Positions 45,020 through 59,259 of a DNA stretch of 64,000 bases are shown here, in pieces (within the stretch, counting starts at the first letter, position 1; each line of letters opens with the position of its first letter). Below the pieces are notes generated by a model. The model did no database searches. It saw nothing but the letters and a program-made list of their open reading frames with translations, and was not told the DNA's origin. The position numbers and the translations under genes are program-made. The stretch is from the human T2T-CHM13v2.0 reference genome, Homo sapiens, in assembly GCF_009914755.1 (NCBI RefSeq), contig NC_060931.1; one strand, written 5' to 3'.

Positions 45020-45226
45020 AAATTATTTATTTTAGAGATGGGCACTCACTCTGTCACCCAAGCTAAAGTGCAGTGGCACGATCATAGTTCACTGTAACCT
45101 TGATCACCTGGGCTTAAGCAATCTGCTCACCTCAGCCTCTTGAGTAGCTAAGGCATGTGCCACCACACCTGGCTAATTTTTAAATTCTTTTGTAGAGATA
45201 GGTCTCTCTATGTTGCCAAGGCTGAT
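45020..45226 (-). mobile_element. AluJ element, truncated
   Basis: AluJ diagnostics GATCATAGTTCACTGTAACC and CTATGTTGCCAAGGCTG. Confidence 0.8.
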
Positions 45227-45367
45227 ATCTCTGTTTTTGTTGTTTCTAATTAAAATTATTTAGGAATTCATGGGATCCAGGATGGAATGCAGACTGTAAT
45301 AAAAAATCTAATCACATCACAATTAAGAACACAATCTCCCTGAAGAGGTGAGCTAAAATATAAGTGA

Positions 45368-46518
45368 GGAGTGTGCAAGGATGCTGAATGTTTGGGAATG
45401 AGAGGATAAATGAGTGATGCTTGAAAACACACCACATTGAAAATCCTGCCACGGCAGCAGCTGCAGCCACCAACAGCTGTGGTGTTAGTGACCTAAGTAA
45501 GCACCGACTTCGTAGAAACCAGAACATCAGCCATCTTGGAAAAGAGAAAAACAATGGAGTTACTTATTTAAGAAAAACAAAAAACAAACAAACGAACAAA
45601 CAAAAAACACAACTATTTCTTCCCAGGAGAGGCTAGAAGTAGCTTTTCTGCCTTCTGGCCGGAGCCAATTGGAATGACTGGTTTGGGAGAGGAGGAGGGG
45701 TTGTGTCAGCTGTGGTGCTTTGTTGTAAAAGGCAGCCTGACCTTTGCTACTGAGGAGAAAGATGGAGCCGAGTCTCAAGCCCACCTTCTCTGTATCTTTG
45801 CCACGTGGTACTGTATGCCTGCCAGCTAGAAGGAAGGTAAGGAATTTTTTTACAGTCTGAGAATGAGTGTGGGTGAATGAGGCGGTATCCACATTCTCAA
45901 CTTCGTGTCATTGCAGTTCCTTTTTCCTTTCCCAGAAAACAAGGGGTTAGATATTGCATTTCATGAAACTGACCAAAGTTCTGTCTACTGATGCAGCACA
46001 AGAGATGTAAACAAACAAACAAACAAACAAAAACGAGGAAAGATGCTCTTTGGGTTTTTTATTGTATTTTATTTTTATTACTTTAGGGAAAACACTGTCG
46101 AATGGTCAGAGCTCCTATCCTGATCTTTTCATCAAGGCGCCTTTCCTAATAATACGGTACAACTGTGAATGTAGACGTGGTTGGGGGGAGGGGGGAGAAA
46201 AAACTGGCATTAGAGGACATAGAAAAATAAAAGTATAATTGTTACAAATAAAGAACTCAGACTTCAAAAAAGTCACAACCCAAACAAACCAAAATTGAAA
46301 TGATCAGAATTGGCAGTACAAAGAAAACGTCCTCTCCCGACTTATATTGTGGCAGTCTGAATGCCCCCAGAAAATTGTGCCAAAGAGTTTAGAAAAACAA
46401 ATATACAATAAAAGTAAACACACATATACACAAAACAGCAAACTTTAGGTAACTACTTTGGATTGCAATCAGGATAAATTTAATGTTCAAACAATCTGAT
46501 AAAATTACCATTTGGAAA
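45368..46518 (+). pseudogene. Probable processed retrocopy of an mRNA 3'UTR (parent gene not identified)
   Basis: About 1.15 kb that I do not recognise as a transposable element, splitting an L1MC 3' end. Ends in an A-run, has AATAAA near 46407, and has a degenerate TSD AAAATATAAGTGA / AAAATACAAAATGA. Confidence 0.6.
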
Positions 46519-48299
46519 AAAATACAAAATGACCTAAGTAACTTTGGAAATGAGTGAAGACTGTAAGATTTCACTCTGTATTATCAATATAAGCCAGATA
46601 AAATCACCGTATTCTAGGTTATAAAGTTGTTTCCCATGGGGGGTACAAGCTAACAAATCTAAAACAATTCAAAAATAATCAATTCACAAATATTCCAACA
46701 TCCTCTATATCTGCAATTTTTCTCCCATAGCGTATATAATCTTCCAATACAATGGATAACTTATTTATTATGTTTATTGTTCATTGTTTCCCCCTACCAG
46801 AATGTGAGCTCTACAGTGTCAGGCGTCTTGGAACTGGATCATGGTAGGTTCTCAAATTTTGTTGAATTGTTTTGAGTCTAATTGAACATGCTTTGTCAAA
46901 TATTAATCTAATATCCACGGGAGACAATGCAGGAAAATATGTTTAATGTACAGCTTCAGAGCCAGCCAACCCAGGAATGAGACCTGTCTCCAATGCTTGT
47001 TCTGTAATCTTTGGAAAGTTACCTAAAATTCAGCAAGGGAAAATGCAATGGCATATGGTTTAAAAAGGAGTTTCAAAATATCTTTTAATCCTCTCACTCA
47101 CTCCTGTGTCTTTACATGTTATTTTCTTTTGGAACTAGGACTGGAATTGCTTTTCTGTACCAGTAATTTTAATGAGGTCAACAGTAAGTCAGATAGGAAA
47201 GAAATTCTATCACAAATTTTAAAAGATATATCTCTAAAGACTTTTTAAAAATCTATTTTATTTATAAAAATGTATTTGAATAGGCTGGAGTCCCTGAAGC
47301 TGAAAAACATAGTGTTGTAGTTTACCTGCATCTGAGTTTAGTCATAGCACTATATCTGCAAAAGCAGAGTAATAAATAGACCAGCCATCAAGTTCATTTG
47401 TTGAATAAGCTTCCAAACTGAGATTTTTGGCCTCCTTATTTAGCATACATAGAGGATACAAATAGTACTATGGAAATAATGGGCTGTTCTTAAAATTGGG
47501 CTCATCTGGTAGTGATTATCGTAGATTAGGATGAGGGAAATAAAATACTCAATTCTAATGGGTAACGTATTAGGAGAAAATGATTGATTCTCTACTAGCC
47601 ACTACATACTGAAGATGAATGCCAAAAAATTTTATCCAATGTAGTTAAACTAACTGTTTCTCTTAAAATCATAAATGTATCTGGAAAGGAGGCTGTAAAT
47701 ATTTCAAAACAGTAGAAAAGCCTATTTGAAATATTTTCTAAACATCCAAGACATGTAGTCATATTAAGTACTGAGAAGCTATATTTGCTGAACTTTAAAA
47801 AATAGAACTAAAAATCTATTGCCTGGGTCTGAATTAAATGATAACCACAACTGAAGCATATGGAAATGAAGTTTATAAATACAGGACTGAATATAAATTC
47901 TGTGTAATAAAACTTGATAAAAAGAGAAGAATTTTAGCAAAATATTAATTTATTATCATGTTGTTTTATTTTCTTGCAAAGGTGAGTTGATGTTGCTGGC
48001 TATAACTCATATGACCAAAATCGTCTTTACATTATTCTACCACCATTTGTTTTGCTTATCTTTGAATCTTCCAAGACCATTGCCCTCTCTGATCAGCCCA
48101 ACCATGGCAGTAGCTCTTAGCAGAAGGTAATTTCAAAAGGTCATTTAACATAGATGATTATAATCCTGAATGATTTTGGCTTTAATTAGAATGATCCATG
48201 ATGTCACCATCCCTCAAGGGTTGGTTGACTAACAGTATCCCAGAGAGAAGCCACGCTACAATCCAAATTCCTCAAATACTTCCCAAGTGCCCTGTATAT

Positions 48300-49800
48300 T
48301 CCTCAGGCACCGAGACAGGAATTTGAGGTATAAAAATGAATAATATATTCTGTCTAACTTCAGATTGCCTATAGTCTTGTAAAGGAAATAGAGATGCATA
48401 TAAATAATAATATTACAGTATAATATACAACAAAGAATTGCATATAATGAATGTTACAGAGTGAAGATTGTTTCAAAAGTCAGAGAGTCATAAAATCTTC
48501 AAAGAGAAACTTAAGAGTCTTATGGTGATTAAGAGTTTTACAGCCAACAATCTGAAATGAGGCACTCCAGAAAATAAGAGGCATTGACAAGGCATAGAAG
48601 GTGTATTTAGATACTTACCAGTGTTTTGATATTTCTATATCATAAGGCCAGATAGAAGGCTAATACCCAAGATTCATATTTTTGCCACGCTAAAAAATAT
48701 ACCTGGTTTCAAATCAGTCACTGAAAGTGTTTGAGCTTGTGGAGAAGAAGAGAGGATGATGATCAGATAATCATTTCAGAGAGAATGCTCTGGCAGCAAT
48801 GTGGATGACGTATCCTAGGGAAGCAAGATGGGAGCAGAATTAGATCCACTGTAATGGTATGGTGACAGGTGATGAGTGTTTGAACTAAAGTAATGAAAAT
48901 GGGGGTGGAGAGAAAAGATAAAACTTGAAATCAATTTAAGAAATTAAACTGACAAGACTTAGAGATTAATTGGCTATGGGGGTTGGTTATATAGGAGAGA
49001 GAGAGTCTAAACTCTTGAGGACTTGGCTTATGTGAGGAATTCTCTTCTATTGCTAGTAACAGACACCAGAAATAACAGTGGCGAAAATAAGTAGTAGTTG
49101 ATTTCTCTCTCTGATGATCCAAGTATAAAGGTAAGTATTCTAGGCCTAGATAATAGCAACACAATGTCAACAGAGACAAAAGCTCCTTCGATCACTTAGC
49201 TCCACCATATGTTTTTTTCTTGGACAATTTTTATTGTCCAAGATAGTTGCTGCAGCTCAACTTTTATTTCCATATACAAGGCAGGGAGCCAGAAGTAAAA
49301 AAGCCCAGTCTTTTCTCTCTTTTTCCTAAGGTTCACTGAATTCCCACCTAACCTATTTGCCAGAACTTAGCAACATGGTCACACCTAGCAGCAATGTTGG
49401 CTGGGAAATATTTAATTTTTTCTGAATATTTTGCCACTCTAAATGGACTATTTGGAATTGGCTTACTAAACAAGAAGGATAAATGATTATTAGACAGACA
49501 ATTAACACTTCTTTAACAGATATTTTATGAACAATAATAAAAAGTATATTAACAGAATATTAGGTGTGAGATAGAGAAGGGGTACATAGGAATTAATGTG
49601 TTTACTTTTGGGTCTTTCAGTTTGGTAGAGTGTTGGTCTTATGGAATATACAGTTGATATTGGTTAAATGTACAAACGTCCAATGGATGATTCAGTTAGG
49701 TTTAAGAGGAGAAGTAGAGTTACCTGTGTTAACTTTGGAGTTATCTGATGGTATGAAGATGTTGAAGATAAGCCAAATATTCTTGTTCTCATTGATAGCA
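48300..49800 (-). mobile_element. L2 remnant with an embedded old MLT1-type LTR (~49030-49500)
   Basis: L2-like purine-rich motifs; MLT1-like TTGCCAGAACTTAGCAACATGGTCACACCTAGC. Confidence 0.45.
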
Positions 49801-50419
49801 TTAAAGCTGAAGACAGGCATGAATTATAATAATGGAGTCAGATGTAGTTCACCATGGTTAACTAAATTTTTACACCTCTGAGAAGAGTTGTTTCTATTGG
49901 ATTTGAAGTGTTATAAGCAATACATAGAATATTCTCAAACACAAACCAAGCTGATGTCAGTAATGTCCTCTGCTCTTAGGAAGCTGTCATCACTATGATC
50001 TTGGGTGAAACAGGATTCCTCCAGCTCTTTCTTTTCAGGAAGAGTAGAATATTTACACATGCATATATATATGTACATATATATGCATGTGTATGTATAA
50101 ATACATATATATGTATTATATATAATACATATAAAATCTGTACACATTTTGGAGACACATATGATATTTTGACACATGTATATAATGTGTAATAATCCAA
50201 TCAGGGTAATTGGGATATCCTTCACCTCATTTATCCTTCATTTGTGTTGGAAACATTACGAATCTTCTAGCTATTTTAAGATACATGATAAATTACTGAT
50301 AACTACGATATCCATATTTTACTATTGATTACTAGAACTTATTCCTCGTATCTAACTGTATTTTTGTGCCCCTTAACAAACCCCTCTTTGTCCCCTCTTC
50401 CCAGCCTCTTGTTACCTTC

Positions 50420-50795
50420 TGTATTAGTCTGTTCTCATACTGCTATAAAGAAATACCTGAGACTTGGCATTTTATAAAGAAAAGAGGTTTAACTGGCTCA
50501 TGGTTCCATAGGCTGTACAGGAAAGATGACTGGGGGAGCCTCAGGAAACTTAAAATCATGGCAGAGGGGAAGCAGGCACATCCTACATGGCTGGAGCAGG
50601 AGGAAGAGAGAGTAAAGAGGGAAGTGCTACACACTTTGAAAACAACCAGATATCCTGAGAACTCAGTATCACAAGAACAGCAAGGGGGAAATCCAGCCCC
50701 ATGATCCAATCACCTCCCACCAGGCCCCTCCTCCAATATTGGGGATTGCCATTCGACATGAGATTTGGGCGGGGACACAAATTCAAACCATATCA
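50420..50795 (-). mobile_element. MSTA-type MaLR solo LTR
   Basis: TGTATTAGTC...AAACCATATCA termini and typical MST body. Confidence 0.88.
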
Positions 50796-50819
50796 CCCCT
50801 ATTCTATTCTCTACCTTCA

Positions 50820-51142
<323 letters not shown>

Positions 51143-51993
51143 TTAGCTTCCACATATGAGAAAGAATATTCAGTGTTTGTCTTTCTGTAACTGGTTGATT
51201 TTACTTAATATTATGACCTCCAGTTGTGTTCATGTTGCTACAAATTACATATATACAGTTCTATATATATATACAGTTCTGTGTGTGTATATATATATAT
51301 ATATAAATTCAGCTGTGTATATATATATATACCACATTTATCTATTCATTTGTTAGTGGACACTTAGTTGATTCTATGTATCCACTATTGTGAATAGCGC
51401 TGTGATATGTATGTGAGTGCAGATATCTCTTCAATATACCAATTTCCTCTCTTTTGGACATATGTGGTGTGATTGCTGGGTCATAAGGTAGCCCAATTTT
51501 TAGTTTTTTGAGGAACTTCCATACTGTTTTCCATAATGGCTGTACTACTTTAAATTGCCACCAGTAGTTGTAAGAGTGTTCCCTTTCCTCCTCATCCTTG
51601 TCACCATTTGTTATTTTTTAATCTTTTTATAATGCCATTCTAACTGAAGTACAATGATATCCCACTGTGGTTTTTATTTGCATTTCCCTGATGATTAGTG
51701 ATGTTGAGTCTTTTTTTTCTGTATTTGTTGGCCATTTGTATGTCTTCTTTTGAGAAAAGTCAATTCTGATCTTTTCCCCACTTTTTGATCATATTATTAT
51801 TAATATTTTGCTATTGGGTGGTTTGAATTCCTTATTTATTCTCTGGGTATTAATACCTCATTAGATGAATACTTTGCAAATGTTTTTTCCCATTCTGTGG
51901 CTTCTCTCTTCACTTTGTTGATTGTTTCCTTTGTGAGCAGAAGCTTTTTAGCTTGAGGTAATACCATTTTTAAATTTTTGCTTTGGGTGCCTA

Positions 51994-52525
<532 letters not shown>

Positions 52526-53306
52526 CTAGTTCTTGGTGCCTTGTCAAAAATGAGGTGGCTGTAAGTGTATGGATTTATTTCTGGGTTCTGGGCTCCATTC
52601 CATTTCTCTGTGTGTCTGTTCTTATGCTAGTATCATGTTGTTTTGGTTACTATAGCTTTGTAGTATAATTTCAAATCGGGTAGTGTGATGCCTCCAGCTT
52701 TGCTCTTTTTGCTTTGGGTGTTTTTAGCTATTTGGGGTCTTTCCTGCTTATATATGAATTTTAGGATTTTTTTTCCATTTCTGTCAAGAATGACACTGGT
52801 ATTGATGGGTATTGCATTGAAGCTTCTTTACCTAATATAGACATTTTAACAATATTAATTCTTTCAATTCATAAGCATGAGATATCTTTCCATTTGGGGG
52901 AGGTTCTCGTCAATTTATTTTGTTAGTGTTTTATAATCCTCCTTGTAGAGATCTTTCACTTCTTTTGTTAAATTTATTCCTGGGTGTTTTTTGTAGCTAT
53001 TATAAACAATATTGCTTTCTTGATTTCTTTCTTAGGCTGATCACTGTTAGCATATAAAAATCCTACTGATTTTTCTTGTATGTTGATTTTGCGTCCTGCA
53101 ACTTTACTGAATTCTTTTATCAGTTCTAAGAGTTTTTTGCTTCAGTCTTTAGGTTTTCCTAAACATAAGATCATGTTGTCTACAAACAAGTTTCATTTAT
53201 TCTCATCCTTTCCAATTTTGATCTCCATTTATTTCTCTTTTGTGATTGCTATGGAAAGAGCTTCCAGTGGTATGTTGAATAGAAGTGGTGAAAGTGTGCA
53301 TACTGG

Positions 53307-53604
53307 TTTTTTTTTTTTTTTCCAAGATGAAGTTTCACTGTTGTTGCTCAGGCTGGAGTGCAATGGTGCCACCTTGGCTCACCGTAACCTCCACTTCCCA
53401 GGTTCAAGCAGTTCTCCTGCCTCAGCCTCTGGAGTAGCTGTGATTACAGGCATGTGCCACCACACTGGGCTAATTTTGTACTTTTAGTAGAGATGGGTTT
53501 CTCCATGTTGGTCAGGGTGGTCTTGTACTCCCAACCTCAGGTAATCTGCCTGCCTTGGCTTCCCAAAGTGCTGGGATTACAGGCATGAGCTACCGCACCC
53601 AGCC
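53307..53604 (-). mobile_element. AluSp-like element
   Basis: CTCCATGTTGGTCAGG diagnostic; 17-bp TSD GAAAGTGTGCATACTGG / GAAAGTGTGAATACTTG. Confidence 0.93.
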
Positions 53605-55360
53605 GAAAGTGTGAATACTTGTTTTGTTCAAGATTTTAGTGGAAAAGTTTTCATTATTTTACCATTCAGTATAACAGCTGTGAGTTTGTCATATATGGCC
53701 TTTATCATGTTGAGATATATTCCTTCTGTACCCAATTTGTTAAGAGTTCTTATTACAAAGGGATGTTGAATTTAATTGCACACTGTTTCATCACTGATTA
53801 AAATGATCACATTTTTGTCCTTGATTCTGTTGATGTGATATGTCATATTTATTGATTTGCATATGTGGAAACATCTTTGCATCTCTGAGATTAGTTCCAC
53901 TTGATCATGGTGAATGATCTGTTTATTGTGTTGCTGAATTCAGTTTGCAAGTATTTTGTTGAGGATTTTTACATCTGTGTTTATCACGGATATTGGCCTA
54001 TAGCTATTTTTCTTTTGTTTTTGCGTCCTTATTTGGTTTTGGTATTGGGGTAATGCTGGCTTCAAATAATTTGTTTGGAAATATTCCCTTCTTTTCAATT
54101 TTTTCAAATAGTTTGAGCAAAATTGGTATTAGTTCTTTAAATGTTTAGTAGAATTCAGCAGTCAATCAGTCAGGTCCTGGGCTTTTCTGTGATAGGATAT
54201 TATTATTATTATTTTTACTGCTTTGATTTCTTTAGTTACCATTGGTCACTTCGAGTTTTTTAATTTCTTCATGGTTCAGTTTTGGCAGGTTTTATGTATC
54301 CAATCGTTATCCATTTCTTACATGTTTTCCAATTTGTTGGCATGTAGTTTTTCATAGCAGTTACTAATGATTCTTTGTATTTCCGTGGTATCAGTTGTAA
54401 TGATTCCTTTTTCATCTCTGATTTTGTTTGTGTTTTTTTCTTAGTGTAGCTAAAGATTTGTCATTTCTATTTACCTTTTCAAAAAATTCAACTTTTTGTT
54501 TTGTTGATCTTTTGTAGTTTTTCCTCTCATTTCCAGTTATTTCTGTTTTGATATTTATCATTTCTTTCTAGTTATTTGGGTTTTTCTTGTTTTTCTAGTT
54601 CCTTGAGGTTCATCATTAGGTTATTTAAGTTTTTCTGTTTTTGGATGTAGACAGTTATTGCTATAAAACTTCCCTTTTAGTACAGCTTTTGCTGGATCCC
54701 ACATATTCTGTATGTTGGGTTGCCATTTTCATTTGTTTCAAGAAATGTTAAAGTTTTCTTCTTAATTTCTTAGTTGACCTATTGGTCATTCGGAAGTATG
54801 TTGTTTAGCTTCCTTGTATTTGAACGGCCAGCTTAATTTTGAAAAGTTGTGTTGGTTCTCTTGGTTAATGAGAAACAAGAATCGTAGCTACATTTTTTTA
54901 ATGTAAATAAATATCGTTAAGCACCTACTACCAAGGAAAATAGAAAAAAAGGAAAATTTAAAAAATCATTACTTATAAGTATGACTCAACTCATGCTCTT
55001 TAATCAATCTTCATGGAAATGAAAATAAGTAGCCTACTTACCCACATTCTTGTCCTAAACTCTCCTAGTTATAGGCATGTACGAAAAAGCTGAGTTAAGT
55101 TGCTGGCATGTATGGAAATTCCCATTATTTTAAAAAATGTTCTACTACTTCAAAGAGCCAAAAATCTCTTTTTTCTAAGTTACATATGGGTAATAAATAA
55201 AAATATATTATATATCATATTTATATCTTATGAATGAGTAGCCTTGCAATTATAGAGATGATTTTTCAATGGAGACAATTAGAGAGGAGGATATGAACAG
55301 GTTCAGTTGAGTGTGTTCCCTATAGAATATCAAACTTTTTTTATTATTTAAAAAATTTAC

Positions 55361-55693
<333 letters not shown>

Positions 55694-56115
55694 TTACACG
55701 ACAATTTTAAAAAAGCTACTCCAATAAGCAGAACACAATTTTGTGCTCCTTGTAAGCTAATTTTTAAGTGCTTTCATTGTACATTGTTTATTTTTTATAA
55801 ATACTCTGTTGTAAGGTCTTGGATATAAAGGTAAAAATTTGTTTAGGTTGGTTCCTAGATTAAAATACTTGTTAAGAAGGTTTGGGTTTATCTTCAATCT
55901 GGATTACTAACGCATCCAAATTCCAGTTTATTGGTTTATAAAATTTTTGAACTGGAAAGAACTTTAATTTACACATTTTTTCTCCTGGGAAATATTACTC
56001 TCTGCATCAAAATAAAAAGTCGCAAGTTCATGAATTACTAATGCTAGAACTAGTGCCAATTTGTAGGCATCATTTATTAATAACTAGTCTCTGTGAATGA
56101 GTTATTAAAATAACA

Positions 56116-56442
56116 TAAAAGTTGCGCAGCCCTAACATGTAAACTCAAAATATGAAATGCTCCAAAATCTGAAACTTTTTGAGCACCAAACTAACATTAC
56201 AAGTGGAAAATTCTGTACTTGACCTCACGTGATGGGTGCACAATATTATTAACAACATTCTATAGAATTACCCTGAAGCTACGTGTATAATGTGTGTCTG
56301 AAACTCGAATTTTATGTTTAGACTTGGGCCCCATCCCGAAGATGTCTCATTACCTATATGTAAATAGTCCAAAATACAAAAAAAAATCTGAAATCTGAAA
56401 CATTTCTGGTCCCAAGCCTTTTGGATGGGGATACTCAACCAG
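56116..56442 (+). mobile_element. Tigger4/MER46-type DNA transposon
   Basis: GAAATGCTCCAAAATCTGAAACTTTTTGAGC...GGTCCCAAGC...GGATACTCAACC. Confidence 0.75.
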
Positions 56443-57287
56443 TATGTATTTATGCATGTGTATGCACACGTGCGCATGTGTCTAAATTCCATAACTTGGG
56501 TATTGAAAATAAAATATTTTCCAGTTATGGTAGATAAGATTACTCCTTTTGCTTTTTTTTTAATTTCATTTACCATTGGCTTTAATAATATTGAACAATC
56601 TGGCCACCCTTGACAATATCAGTGTAATCCTCTCATACTATTAACTGAGTTTCACCATTATTTTTAATAGTATAATCTCTTTGGTAACATCATACTCTAA
56701 GCTTTAACTATGTAGTATTTAAGGAATGAAATAGAATCCTTCTGTAAAATCCCTGATATAATTTGTTAAAGCTCTGTGCTTTAATCACTATATAATTTCC
56801 TCTCTAAGTAAATTCTCTCTAATCCTCAGGACCACATTCCTAAATCCTAAAGACTGTGCCTTTTCAAAAGGGACATTCTACTTATTATTGAATAGCTTTT
56901 CAAGAGCTGCACCTCAAATAGATAAACAGGCTAGATAAAATAGAAAAGGTTAAGAGAAAAAATATTTTATTGTGCTCATCAGCTATGAGCCAATATGTTT
57001 CTTTTTTTTAAACAAAATTTTGGTTGGAAATTTATTCGCATTAACATGGTTATCTTCATATAATTTAACAAAATAAGCCTAAATGACAATAAATTAGACT
57101 CAAAGTCCAACACCATTTTAAACTTCAATTGAGTGAAGTGCTTAGTTTAATTGTTGTTGGTTAATTCCATGCTAATACTTTGCTTTCAAACCTTGAAATT
57201 AAAATTGTATGTATCACATATTTTATTGCTTTGTTGTCATAGTGAGAAAAATGAAATATTAAAAAATTAATATGTTTAGTTAATTAG

Positions 57288-57359
57288 AAGACTTAACTAA
57301 TTAATTAACAAGTTAAGACTTAACTAATTAATTAACTAGTTAAGACTTAACTAATTAAT
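57288..57359. repeat. 27-bp AT-rich tandem repeat, about 2.7 copies, internally palindromic
   Basis: Unit AAGACTTAACTAATTAATTAACWAGTT. Confidence 0.9.
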
Positions 57360-58011
57360 GATTTCCTGGTGTCACTATGCTATAGTTTTATGTAGTAAGT
57401 CTCATTGTATTAACACTGCATATCTGTGGGTGAGGAAGGATACAAGGAAAGCATAATTAAACTTTCTTTTCACTTGTATAAGCTTGTTTATTAAAAAGTA
57501 AATTCTTACGTAATTTTTTTCTTTTACATTTGTGCATCTGATCTAAAATCAAAGGTAGAAAACATTTCAATAAAATGTCTTGGTCATTGAGTTTGAATAC
57601 ATTGACATATACAACTGCAAATGAAATGATGGCATATGCTTTATAAATCTGTAGTGCCACAATAATCACATACTTAGCTTAAAGGCAGAATGTCTCCCTA
57701 TCTTCTGCTGAGTTTTATCCTAATGAATGTTCCTTTAGTTTGCAATATTCATGAGACTGGTTGACCTATTTCTGCATTATTTTTATATCTAATAAAGATT
57801 CATCACCCTTTAGGTAGTTTTACCAATTGTAGTAATATTTCAGGCTTGTTCTGAAGTTGACATTTGAAAAGTAACAGTGAGAAGTTTTATTTTAAATGTA
57901 ATGCTTTGTCGCATGAAAAAGATTCAAGCAGAAAGTAGCTGATCACATATAAAAATATGTTATACTACAGATGAGGAAAAACTCTTATGACATAAATGCA
58001 AGAATTTTACA

Positions 58012-58278
58012 CCATATATATTATACCATATAGATGTATAAATATATAATACCATATATGTATATATATTTATGTATATGTATATATGTATATATATTTA
58101 TACATATATATGTATAAATATTTATACATATATACGTATATATTTATACATATATACGTATATATGTATATATTTATACATATATATGTATATATGTAAT
58201 TATATATTTATACATATATATGTATATATATTTATACATATATATGTATATATATACATATATATGTATATATACTAT
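58012..58278. repeat. (TA)n-derived low-complexity VNTR
   Basis: Repeated units like TATATATTTATACATATATATG. Confidence 0.9.
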
Positions 58279-58989
58279 AAAGACTAATTTGCTAAATAAA
58301 AAACAGCAGATGAAAAACTGTCAGATGAGGACAGAGCTTGGATTTTACTGCAGCGTTTTTTAAAATACTGCATCTGTTACTATAATTGGAAATGAGAACT
58401 ATCAGGATTCAGAATTTTCCTCCTGATGGATGACTTTTTGACATCCATATTCATTCTACCTGAACTACAGACTTTTGCTCCTGTTTCTACAATCTAAAAA
58501 ATGGCTTTCCAACAATTCTTTCTATCAAAGACAGTGCTTCAAATATTTTGAGTAAAAAATTAGCACCATATCTTGTTTTTATTTCATTTGGAATATGAAG
58601 TATCATTTTTGGAGTCATTTAGGGTTCCAGGATATTTAACATCTTTTCAGAGACTCCCAGTTATTTTCAATCTATTACTCCTACGATTATGTAGCCTCCT
58701 TATTATAAGATCATCACAAAGGAAAACAAATTTTATCAGAATGTACAGACTTAAAAATAGAACATTCTGTATTGAATAAATAAAAATGTGTCAGGTTATT
58801 TTTCATGCATATGGAATACACACTTTAAGACTTTAAAAATAAAATCGTAGACATGAGGTGATAAATTCAGTTTTCTTTCTCTGTCAAATCTTTTGGTGAT
58901 TATGTAATTGAGCAGTTCTCGTATTATTATAATGCACACCTAAAATATTCTTTGAAAAAATACTGTACAGTAGGCATTCAGTGAGATCA

Positions 58990-59258
<269 letters not shown>

Positions 59259-59259
59259 G

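Larger units (their letters stand above)
44680..46650 (+). mobile_element. L1MC-type 3' end, interrupted by an AluJ and a retrocopy
   Basis: GGAAAAAGCAAAACTATAGAGACAG; CAGGATGGAATGCAGACTGT; resumes at TGACCTAAGTAACTTTGGAAATGAGTG. Confidence 0.7.

Noticed and set aside
45421-45892. Short ORFs within the putative retrocopy
   Set aside because: They are low-complexity translations; the insert looks like UTR rather than coding sequence.
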